A stretch of 64,000 nucleotides of DNA from an uncultured virus (IMG/VR IMGVR_UViG_3300029931_000005) (taxonomy: Duplodnaviria > Heunggongvirae > Uroviricota > Caudoviricetes). The translations under genes and the position numbers were made by a program. Under the pieces are notes generated by a model. That model was not told the origin of the DNA. It worked only from the letters and a program-made list of their open reading frames with translations, and did not search any database. Positions 56,600 through 64,000 of this stretch are shown here, in pieces. Location: IMG/VR virus record IMGVR_UViG_3300029931_000005; one strand, given 5' to 3'. Position 1 is the stretch's first letter; every line of letters begins with the position of its first letter.

Positions 56600-59257
56600 T
56601 TATTTCTTAGCTAAATAGGCATCGCCCAGCCCCAGCTCCAGCCAGCTCTCTTTATGCTCCACCTGCCCCGCAGGCGGCTGCCAATGGCTGATATACCAAA
56701 CCGCAGCCTCGATGCCGGGAATCTTCGCCAGCTGCTTCTCAACGCCTCGATAAACGGCCGCTTTGTAGGCGGCGATGGTGGCATTGGAGGCATTGGGCTG
56801 AGCACGATTAACGGAACATTCTGAGACAATCATGGGCCGGTCCATCCATTTGTACGCCTGTGCCCCGCGCACCTGAGTAACAATGTCGGCAACGGCCGTT
56901 TCCACATTGTCCAGGGTGTCCGTGTAGGCATGGATGCACACACCGTGACAGAGGTGGGCTACGTGGGGCCACGCCTGGTTGGTAACCGCGAATTGGTTGG
57001 TCCAGGGAGAGCCAGGGGACAGCCCCGGATAATAGACCTGGATTTCGGGGCACTCGATCACGGCATACTTGATGAAATCAGCCAGCCAACGGCCGAAATC
57101 ATCACCGTTCTGCCAGCAGTAGCCCATCCCCTCGTCGGCAAGGTTTGGCTCGTTGAGAAATTCAAACTTTCGGGCACCCTGCTTGTAAAAGCGCAGCACC
57201 CCATCGCGCACGTCACCCCACGCCTCCAGCGGCGAGCGGTATTTGTGGCCAGGCTTCCAGTTAATGCGGACCAGGTGGAAATTGCTCTTATTGAAACGGC
57301 CGTAATAGTCAGCATTCACACCGTCGCTGAGCCACTTCACCGGCAGACCGAGGGCGGAAAACATTCCCTGGATGTTCCCCATCTGCCACATCCAATCGCT
57401 GCCCGGCTGGTGCAGCGCGGGGGTGAACTTTACGGCTGGCCCGGAATACTTTGGTGGTGCAGGTGCGGGTGCAGGAGCAGGCGTAGGTGCTGGCTGCGTA
57501 CCCCCCTCCCCCACTACGGTGTATTCAAAATGCGCGATTGAAGGGGTGGGATCAAAGATGCTGAACGGCCACTTGTTACCGGCCGCATTTGTGTAGGTAT
57601 AACCTGGTCGCTTTAGCGTCAGGTGCAGGTGATCGCCGAAACTGTTCCCCGTGTTGTCCGCTTCACCAATTAGTTGACCAGCCTTGACAGTAGCCCCGAC
57701 CTCAACGTATCGCTTCTTTAGATGAGCATAAACAGTCTGCCACCCATCAGCGTGATTGATGTAAATGCGACGGCCGTAATTGTGGCCTCCATTTGCCTTA
57801 TTCTTTTCGTCGTCACCAACTGCCACCACGACACCAGCAGCCACCGCGTAAATCGCCCCACCGTGAGGGGCTTTGATGTCCAGCCCTTCGTGGCCAGGCA
57901 GCCCAAACCCGGCATAATTCGCCGGATTTACCCCGAATTTCTGGGTGGCAACCCGGTGATTTGTCGGCCAGAATTCAAACTTAAAGGCAGGTCCATCGTC
58001 GGCAAAGGTAACGGCCGTGTTGGGGTAGTATTGCTTATAGTGGGCCAGATATTCAGCACGCTTATCCATCGGAATACCGTGCAGGACATTCTCATTAGAT
58101 AAGACGCCAGGGGCATGGCCACCGTCATCATTGCTGAATGACACGGAATTACGGCCAGGATAGGCCAGCTTGCAAATCTCCAGCCACTCTTCCAGGGTGG
58201 CGTCCTGGGGGGCAATGTGGTATTTACGGCTGTATGGCACACGTGGTTTACATCCTGCCTCAACCGGCGGAACTGGCTCCTCTGGCATCGGATTCTCTAC
58301 AGGGGCGTACTGGCTCCAGCCATCAATGATGGGTAACTGGGGCAGCGCAGGAGAGCCGGCCTCCAACTCAAAGCGGTGCTTGAGGGTAAACTCGGTCACC
58401 GGCTTGATGAGGCGCTGGGCCTTATCAGCGATGCCGCCAAAGGTGGCGCCAAGATACCAGATGGCCGCGCCTTCAATCTCCGGGAAGCGGGCGTATAGTT
58501 CACCCACGCGGCGAATATCCTCGATGGCTTTCTCAGGCGACGGCACGCTATCCAATGTCCAGCCCCATTCGGTGATGTGAACGCGGGGCCGAGGAATCTT
58601 GTGTTTATCGCACACGGCGAAGAGATATTGAAAACGGCCGATCTTAAACGGAAACTGGTGGAAAATGTCGCTCTCGATGAAGCTGTACTCATGGATGGCG
58701 ACGGCGGCCTGATGCGGCCGTTCTGCGCAGATCCGCAAGTAGGCCAACATACCTGGCGTTTCCCAGCCCTGTGGCTCTGGCTCACCACCAGCCCAGCCGA
58801 AGAGTGAAACTTTGTAGCCATCGCGCTGGGCCAGGTTGGCAATGCGCACGGCAAACCGACCCAGCCAGTCGCACAGATTGCGGTCCACCTCGTTAACAAC
58901 TTCCAGCCAGACGCGCTTTTTGTCAAACTCAGGCGGCAGCTTGGCCACCGTCTTTGCCCAATGCAGCTCCGCCCCACCCTCCGGGTCATTCGCGTATTTC
59001 GGGTCTTTATAGGGTGGGGTATCATACTTGTAACTATCGTCTGGCCCGTGCCGGTCGCTGAGACGGAAGATGAGCACGTGCGGCACGCCACTCTTCTTCA
59101 TAATCTCCTGGGCCTCGAAGATGGGGCCATAGTGATCGACCGACTTGATGACCATCGGGATACGAGCCTTGTCCAGCGCTCGCATGTAATCGCCGATGCC
59201 GGTGGGATTGCCACCAGGTCCAGTGTGAAACCCGGATTTATTGGGGACTTTAATCAC
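56600..59257 (-). CDS. multi-domain wall hydrolase / endolysin candidate: glycoside-hydrolase-like + M23 peptidase + glycoside-hydrolase-like
   Basis: two NE(V/P)...H(E/A)Y...(T/S)E GH-A-like domains flank M23 motifs HEGLD, YAHL, HLH; PA-rich linker. Confidence 0.8.
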   Translation of the reverse strand: MIKVPNKSGFHTGPGGNPTGIGDYMRALDKARIPMVIKSVDHYGPIFEAQEIMKKSGVPHVLIFRLSDRHGPDDSYKYDTPPYKDPKYANDPEGGAELHWAKTVAKLPPEFDKKRVWLEVVNEVDRNLCDWLGRFAVRIANLAQRDGYKVSLFGWAGGEPEPQGWETPGMLAYLRICAERPHQAAVAIHEYSFIESDIFHQFPFKIGRFQYLFAVCDKHKIPRPRVHITEWGWTLDSVPSPEKAIEDIRRVGELYARFPEIEGAAIWYLGATFGGIADKAQRLIKPVTEFTLKHRFELEAGSPALPQLPIIDGWSQYAPVENPMPEEPVPPVEAGCKPRVPYSRKYHIAPQDATLEEWLEICKLAYPGRNSVSFSNDDGGHAPGVLSNENVLHGIPMDKRAEYLAHYKQYYPNTAVTFADDGPAFKFEFWPTNHRVATQKFGVNPANYAGFGLPGHEGLDIKAPHGGAIYAVAAGVVVAVGDDEKNKANGGHNYGRRIYINHADGWQTVYAHLKKRYVEVGATVKAGQLIGEADNTGNSFGDHLHLTLKRPGYTYTNAAGNKWPFSIFDPTPSIAHFEYTVVGEGGTQPAPTPAPAPAPAPPKYSGPAVKFTPALHQPGSDWMWQMGNIQGMFSALGLPVKWLSDGVNADYYGRFNKSNFHLVRINWKPGHKYRSPLEAWGDVRDGVLRFYKQGARKFEFLNEPNLADEGMGYCWQNGDDFGRWLADFIKYAVIECPEIQVYYPGLSPGSPWTNQFAVTNQAWPHVAHLCHGVCIHAYTDTLDNVETAVADIVTQVRGAQAYKWMDRPMIVSECSVNRAQPNASNATIAAYKAAVYRGVEKQLAKIPGIEAAVWYISHWQPPAGQVEHKESWLELGLGDAYLAKK

Positions 59258-59499
59258 GTGCCTTCTCCTTCTATTAAGCCAGCCGAGACCAGCGCCTGGT
59301 AAATTTCCCCCATTGCTTGCTCTGGTGGCTTTTCGTAGTCTGCTGCCTCGTTGAAATTCACCTGCTGCCAACGGCCGTTAATCACCAGGGACAACACTAA
59401 GTTGATGCCGTCGTCTGAAAGCGTTAAGTTGTGTTTTGCTGGGCCATCATGGGGCAGTGCTCGCGTGAGCATCTGTAGCAGTTGCAAAGCGTTTTTCAC
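59254..59499 (-). CDS. hypothetical protein
   Basis: AGGAGG RBS; GTGA overlap. Confidence 0.6.
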   Translation of the reverse strand: MKNALQLLQMLTRALPHDGPAKHNLTLSDDGINLVLSLVINGRWQQVNFNEAADYEKPPEQAMGEIYQALVSAGLIEGEGT

Positions 59500-59507
59500 G
59501 TTTCCTC

Positions 59508-60056
59508 CTAAATCGACCAGTCCAGAAACGGCCGTTCCCGCTTTCCTATCTTCGCCAGGTCATCCAGGCGATTGCGGCTGGCCGCCCAATAGACCAGGGC
59601 CTGCGCTTTTGCCTGCGGGATGGAGCCGTGCAGCTGGTCATAGCGCAGGCCCAACTCCATGCAGACATCGACCAACTCCGTCTCGTTGAAATATTCGCCC
59701 AGATGCTGGGCGAGGCGATGTTCTGTATCTCGCCTGCGCTCCTTGGGGGGGATTTCCAGCAGCAGTTTGGCGTCGGTAGGCAGCTCCCAAACAGGCACAC
59801 CCCCATCCTGTACAATCTGCGCCGTCAGCTCCTTTACGCCGCTGCTCAATTTGTCGATGAGGCGCACCGCATCGTAGATGCGCTTCTCCATTTGCCTCAA
59901 TTCGCCACGGTTGGCCGCAGCTTCCGCCTCCAGCTCGCGCACCTGTTGGCTGAGCAGGCGCACCGTCTCGGGCAAGTCTCGTGGCTGCTGGAGGTAGATG
60001 AATACGGCCGTTGCTGCAACGATAACGATGATTAAAGCGACGATTAGCCAATCCAC
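59508..60056 (-). CDS. TM + coiled coil + effector-associated (EAD-like) domain protein
   Basis: C-term FNETELVDVCMELGLRYDQLHG....KAQALV.W...RNRL..L. Confidence 0.7.
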   Translation of the reverse strand: MDWLIVALIIVIVAATAVFIYLQQPRDLPETVRLLSQQVRELEAEAAANRGELRQMEKRIYDAVRLIDKLSSGVKELTAQIVQDGGVPVWELPTDAKLLLEIPPKERRRDTEHRLAQHLGEYFNETELVDVCMELGLRYDQLHGSIPQAKAQALVYWAASRNRLDDLAKIGKRERPFLDWSI

Positions 60057-60060
60057 TCAT

Positions 60061-61311
60061 CTAGTCCTCCGCGCCAGGGGTGACATCCATAGGCGGCACC
60101 CCGGATCGATTGGCTGGAATGACAAAAAAGAAAGCGGCACCGTTACCCAAGCGACTTATCACATACGCATGGCCGTCGTGAGCCCTGGCCACGGAAGCAA
60201 CCACTGCCAGCCCCATGCCTGCCCCTTCAAACGGCCGTTTTGTGTCCATTCTCACCTGGTACAGCGGCTCGAAAATGTCTCGTTGATACTTCCGGGAAAT
60301 GCCGATCCCGTTGTCTCGGACGCGGGAAACAATCTCGCCGTCCTCTTCATACATCGCCAGGTCGACCTGAGTGGAGCCAAATTTGATGGCATTATTGAGC
60401 AGCTGCACGAGTGCGGTGCGCAGCATCTCCGTATCGCCGATTACAAATAGATGATCGGGTATATCGCTGGTGAGGGAGATTTCTGCCGGATCGCGCCTGA
60501 CGTTCAGCCAAATATCGGGGTCGCTGAGGGCCTGGCGGCCGATCGTGGCAATATCCGTGGGTTGCAAAGACGGTTCCCGCCACGTGTTGACCATCCGTTC
60601 AACCACGGCATTCATGCGCCGGGTGCTGAGGTGTACGGTGGAGATGGGTTCATGTAAATGGGTGGCCACTTCCCCAAACGTCCCGTCCAGGATCATCGAG
60701 GCATACCCCAAGGCGATGGCCAGCGGGGTTTTTAATTCGTGGCTGACATTGGAAATAATCAGTCGCTTCAGCTCGGCCAGCTGCCGGTGCTGCTCGTCGT
60801 TGCGTAACCCGGCCGTGCGCAATTGATCTTGTAGCCGGGAAACAGTGAGCTGTGCAACCTGCTTCTCGCTGGCTAACTGTTCCTGTGCAACCTGCCTCTC
60901 GCTGGCTAACTGTTCCTGTGCAACCTGCCTCTCGCTGGCTAACAACTCGCTGCTGGCCCGTTCCATTCGCAACTGTTTTTCACTGGCAAAATAGATGGCA
61001 AAGGGGAATATCAGCGCAGTGATGGCAACGAGCCACAGCGGGCCGCGCACGTCGGCGGTAATGGTTGTGCTGCCGGGGAATTGGGGTACAACCAGCCGGG
61101 CATAGGCAATAGAAAACACAAGGTCCATCGTGCCCGTGGCCATGATCAAGGTCGGGATTGGCCACGGCCGTTTCTGGATATATCGTGCTGACAGGGCCGC
61201 CAGCACCGAGACCAGAAAAGCAGCCAGGAACGTTGCCAGAATCAGCCACATGAGGGTATTTGGCGGAGAGATCATTGCGCTATGAGCGATAGGTCGGTTA
61301 AATCTCGCCAA
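60061..61311 (-). CDS. membrane sensor histidine kinase
   Basis: H box SHELKTPL, N box LLNNAIKF, G1 DNGIGI, F box IFEP, G2 GAGMGL; three N-terminal TM segments. Confidence 0.95.
   Translation of the reverse strand: MARFNRPIAHSAMISPPNTLMWLILATFLAAFLVSVLAALSARYIQKRPWPIPTLIMATGTMDLVFSIAYARLVVPQFPGSTTITADVRGPLWLVAITALIFPFAIYFASEKQLRMERASSELLASERQVAQEQLASERQVAQEQLASEKQVAQLTVSRLQDQLRTAGLRNDEQHRQLAELKRLIISNVSHELKTPLAIALGYASMILDGTFGEVATHLHEPISTVHLSTRRMNAVVERMVNTWREPSLQPTDIATIGRQALSDPDIWLNVRRDPAEISLTSDIPDHLFVIGDTEMLRTALVQLLNNAIKFGSTQVDLAMYEEDGEIVSRVRDNGIGISRKYQRDIFEPLYQVRMDTKRPFEGAGMGLAVVASVARAHDGHAYVISRLGNGAAFFFVIPANRSGVPPMDVTPGAED
60850..60943. repeat. 33-bp tandem repeat (about 3 copies) in the kinase gene
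   Basis: encodes LASE(R/K)QVAQ(EQ) x3. Confidence 0.9.
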
Positions 61312-61540
61312 ACTCCTCGGCTGTGGGAATTCCTTCTGCCTGCATCACTTGCAGCAAGGCGGCCTTCTCGCTGTCAGACATGGCGGCCAGCTTGCGCGTG
61401 GCTTCGGCCGTCTGCATCTTGCGGTCCAGGACGGAATGAATCGCCAGCTTCTGCTGCTTCAGTCGGCTCTGCTCCAGGGTAATAGCCGCAATGGCAGCCT
61501 CCAACTCTTCGATGGTGAAATCCTCGTACTCATTGCTCAT
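61298..61540 (-). CDS. small coiled-coil protein
   Basis: AAGGAG RBS. Confidence 0.6.
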   Translation of the reverse strand: MSNEYEDFTIEELEAAIAAITLEQSRLKQQKLAIHSVLDRKMQTAEATRKLAAMSDSEKAALLQVMQAEGIPTAEEFGEI

Positions 61541-61925
61541 TTGCTTGCTCCTTGGGGGCGTGCTGGATGATGGTGGCCCGCCCAAAAATCTCTTGAGAGT
61601 CGATACCTTTGGCTCGCGACGGCCGTATGTAGCGCCGTAGATCGCTGTTCCACGCCGCTTCGTTGGCAGCCACGCGCAAAATGCGGGGGTTGTTGGTCAA
61701 GCCAACCGGCACACCCAGCCGGGTGAGAATCGCCTGGTCAAAAATAATCTGCTCTTGGTTGGCGAACTCTTCGGCATTTTTGGCCTGCACACGGATGATG
61801 CGGGCCAGGTTCTCAGCCGCTTCCCATGGTAGAGAGGTGACCAGACGGCCGTTGTAGATCAACAGCACCCGATCCCCCTCTTGTCGTACGACAAATTCTT
61901 TAGTTTGCCCGCTCTGTATCATCAA
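61530..61925 (-). CDS. hypothetical protein
   Basis: operon ORF. Confidence 0.6.
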   Translation of the reverse strand: MMIQSGQTKEFVVRQEGDRVLLIYNGRLVTSLPWEAAENLARIIRVQAKNAEEFANQEQIIFDQAILTRLGVPVGLTNNPRILRVAANEAAWNSDLRRYIRPSRAKGIDSQEIFGRATIIQHAPKEQANEQ

Positions 61926-62748
61926 GTACGCTTCCCTTTAGCCACCGCAGTAGTGTCAACTTATCTTCGGGTGGCAATCGGCCAACTTGGTGTTTGACTC
62001 TGTCTAACTGACGCTGGCCAGCCGGGTCTTTCTGCCCAACGGTCCAAAGCTCCAGGTTTGATTCCCTGTTATCATTTCGTACGCCATTTCGGTGGTGAAT
62101 CCGCTCGTGTGGTTCAAGGGCGCGGCCAAGCTTTTGAGCCATGACATAGCGGTGCTCAAACATCCACCCTTTTGCGTCAGCCCCAGGGTGGCCTTTGCCA
62201 ACCTTGACCTTGGCGTAACCGCTGTTTGTTTCCCGCCGTGCACCAAGTGGTATCGAGCGGCATTCACTTGAACAAAAGCGGCGATACCGATCGCTGGTGC
62301 GAGGAATTTCTTTGCCACATCGTTCGCAGAGCGACGACATCGGCCCCTTTCTGCGCAACATGCCCGCGCACTCTCGACCACATGTGAGCTTGTGGCGATG
62401 TCTGCCATAATCGAACTCTTTTTGACAAACCGGGCACGTCCGAGTTCGCGAGTTCCCCCTATCTTTCTTGTAGCACTCGCGACTGCACCGCAAGTGACCA
62501 TCGCGCGCAGGCTTAAATGGCTTCCCGCAAACAATGCATGGCCGCTTACGCCTACCTGGAAGAGCCCTGCCAGCGTTAGCGCAGTCACGAGAGCAGTATT
62601 GCCCAGTGGTGCCGGACTTCTTTTGGAAACCCTTTCCACAGTGCTTACACTTGGCCTCGCCGATATACCGAGAGTGATCAACGCAATATTTCTGACGGTT
62701 GCTACCTGCATCAAATTCCTTCCCGCAAACAACGCATTTTTTCTTCAT
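61900..62748 (-). CDS. HNH endonuclease with five N-terminal zinc-binding repeats
   Basis: repeated C..CGK.F......(Y/F)CS..C; EHRYVM...LGR....E.IHHRNG.R.DNR..NL. Confidence 0.9.
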   Translation of the reverse strand: MKKKCVVCGKEFDAGSNRQKYCVDHSRYIGEAKCKHCGKGFQKKSGTTGQYCSRDCANAGRALPGRRKRPCIVCGKPFKPARDGHLRCSRECYKKDRGNSRTRTCPVCQKEFDYGRHRHKLTCGRECAGMLRRKGPMSSLCERCGKEIPRTSDRYRRFCSSECRSIPLGARRETNSGYAKVKVGKGHPGADAKGWMFEHRYVMAQKLGRALEPHERIHHRNGVRNDNRESNLELWTVGQKDPAGQRQLDRVKHQVGRLPPEDKLTLLRWLKGSVLDDTERAN

Positions 62749-62815
62749 GGCACAACTCCCTTTAGAACAAATTTTCTACGGGAATTATACCATTTCTAAT
62801 ATTGATTAACTATCT

Positions 62816-63223
62816 TTATAGCCTGAATATTTTGTTACTACCGTCACTCCATTGGCAAACTATATCCCCACCATTTGGCGTAACGGGGAGATTTGTGGCG
62901 GCGTCTATATTGAATATCAGACGGCTGGTAGCCTCCGTGCCGGTGTCCTGGTAGCAATCAATGGATTCGGCCTGGTCGCCAGTTACGGCCGTAAATGTCA
63001 CGTTGGCCGCATCCGCCACTCCAGCGGCGACGGTCTTGGAACCCAGGTTGCTAGACGTGGCCACACGCGAGCCAGCGGCTCGGTCGGCCAGGTCCTGGTC
63101 GCTGGCCAGGTTGATGGTGTCATCCGCTTCATCGATCAGGACGAGCTTGATGTTGTCGCCATCCCAATCAATGTCGCCCGCTAAAAAGCCTTCTCGGCCA
63201 TAGTCATACAGGGAGTCTGCCAT
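62816..63223 (-). CDS. virion structural (minor tail-like) protein
   Basis: MAD.LYD.GRE.FL.G.I.W..D.IK ... LPVTPNGGDI...W family pattern. Confidence 0.7.
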   Translation of the reverse strand: MADSLYDYGREGFLAGDIDWDGDNIKLVLIDEADDTINLASDQDLADRAAGSRVATSSNLGSKTVAAGVADAANVTFTAVTGDQAESIDCYQDTGTEATSRLIFNIDAATNLPVTPNGGDIVCQWSDGSNKIFRL

Positions 63224-63235
63224 AAGGTTCTCCTT

Positions 63236-63595
63236 CTACGAGACGGTCTTTGATTTCTTGAGGCGAATGCGCCCCTCAAACACCACCTCCGGTTTGCCAG
63301 ATAATGTCACTCGGCACTCATGGTAATAGCGCCCCGGCAACAGGTCGTTGGTGTCGGCTGCATCCAGCGTGATTTGCACGGCATCATTTGTGCCATCTTC
63401 ACTAACCAGCACGACCCCATCCCCCACGCTCTTTTCGATGACCGCCGACCCCGCCCCTTTCGACGTAAATACCCCGTAATAAATGGTGGCCCCGGTCATG
63501 TTTAATGGCTGTCCGGTGATGCTATCGGTCACTGGAGCGGTAATAATCTTGGCCGTCCCCTGCATCATTTCCAGGTCTTGATTTTTCTTTGTCAT
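63236..63595 (-). CDS. BppU-N-like baseplate/tail Ig-fold protein
   Basis: QG....T..VTD..G.PLN.TGAT ... DT..L.PG.YYHE. Confidence 0.65.
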   Translation of the reverse strand: MTKKNQDLEMMQGTAKIITAPVTDSITGQPLNMTGATIYYGVFTSKGAGSAVIEKSVGDGVVLVSEDGTNDAVQITLDAADTNDLLPGRYYHECRVTLSGKPEVVFEGRIRLKKSKTVS

Positions 63596-64000
63596 ATCTG
63601 CCCCTCTAGATTCTTGTCTAATGCGTATTCACCAAGCAGCCTGACGTTTAGGTCATAAATCCCCACCAGCGCCACGCGACCGGCAGCAGTCACAGTCAGC
63701 ACCATGACGGCCGTACCAAAAGCCTCGGCGCTGGCAATGCCTGCTGGCACAATAAACACAGCGTTATTGTTTATTTCCGTCGCCCCAAACACCTCGCTGC
63801 TGGCTATCCCGGCGGCAACCAGCGAAATGATGGTTTGAATATCGGCAGACCCGAACGCCTCGCCGCTGGGCATGCTGCTGGTCCCCAAGGTGATCCCTGT
63901 GTTTATAACGGCCGTACCAAACGCTTCCAGGGAATCAACGCTAACAGGCAAGAGGATAAGCGCGCCAGAGTCAACCGAGGCCGCGCCAAACGCCTCGCCA
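63592..64000 (-). CDS. tail fibre-like protein, C-terminal part (runs off window)
   Basis: repeated GI.S.EAFG.A units; frame open to the window edge. Confidence 0.65.
   Translation of the reverse strand, partial: GEAFGAASVDSGALILLPVSVDSLEAFGTAVINTGITLGTSSMPSGEAFGSADIQTIISLVAAGIASSEVFGATEINNNAVFIVPAGIASAEAFGTAVMVLTVTAAGRVALVGIYDLNVRLLGEYALDKNLEGQI

Noticed and set aside
62765..62776. LexA-like box GAACAAATTTTC upstream of the HNH gene
   Set aside because: One mismatch to GAAC-N4-GTTC and a single occurrence in AT-rich DNA; too weak
1..64000. Diversity-generating retroelement, retron or integrase module
   Set aside because: No reverse transcriptase motif, template/variable repeat pair or recombinase recognised in the window

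Overview
The window is a 64-kb piece of a large, moderately GC-rich phage or phage-plasmid. Nearly every gene is on the minus strand and tightly packed; the only convincing plus-strand gene is a lipoprotein at 48394-48756. The SSB sequence style and an EAD-type domain suggest a Chloroflexota (Anaerolineae-like) host, which is an inference. Reading in transcription order (right to left): tail/baseplate genes, an HNH nuclease, an orphan sensor histidine kinase and EAD protein, a large multi-domain wall hydrolase, an FtsK + lytic transglycosylase/M23 membrane module, antirepressor, ParA plus partner, a repeat-rich non-coding block, an orphan TnpB, a MoxR/vWA pair between two HNH genes, a DNA-modification cluster, RecU-like resolvase, a replication initiator with internal iterons, and many small early genes. 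The standout feature is a stand-alone Cas7/RAMP-like gene (9594-10193) followed immediately by an ~800-bp non-coding array with strict 5-nt periodicity (NG[C/T]NN pentamers grouped in ~25 units), with no other cas genes or CRISPR array in the window; this is a candidate RNA-guided system. Also notable are two families of bipartite hairpin+box elements at gene starts (TGGCAG-loop and YGGTCA-loop) and strong over-representation of the palindrome ACGGCCGT. All protein assignments are from motif recognition by eye, not database searches.
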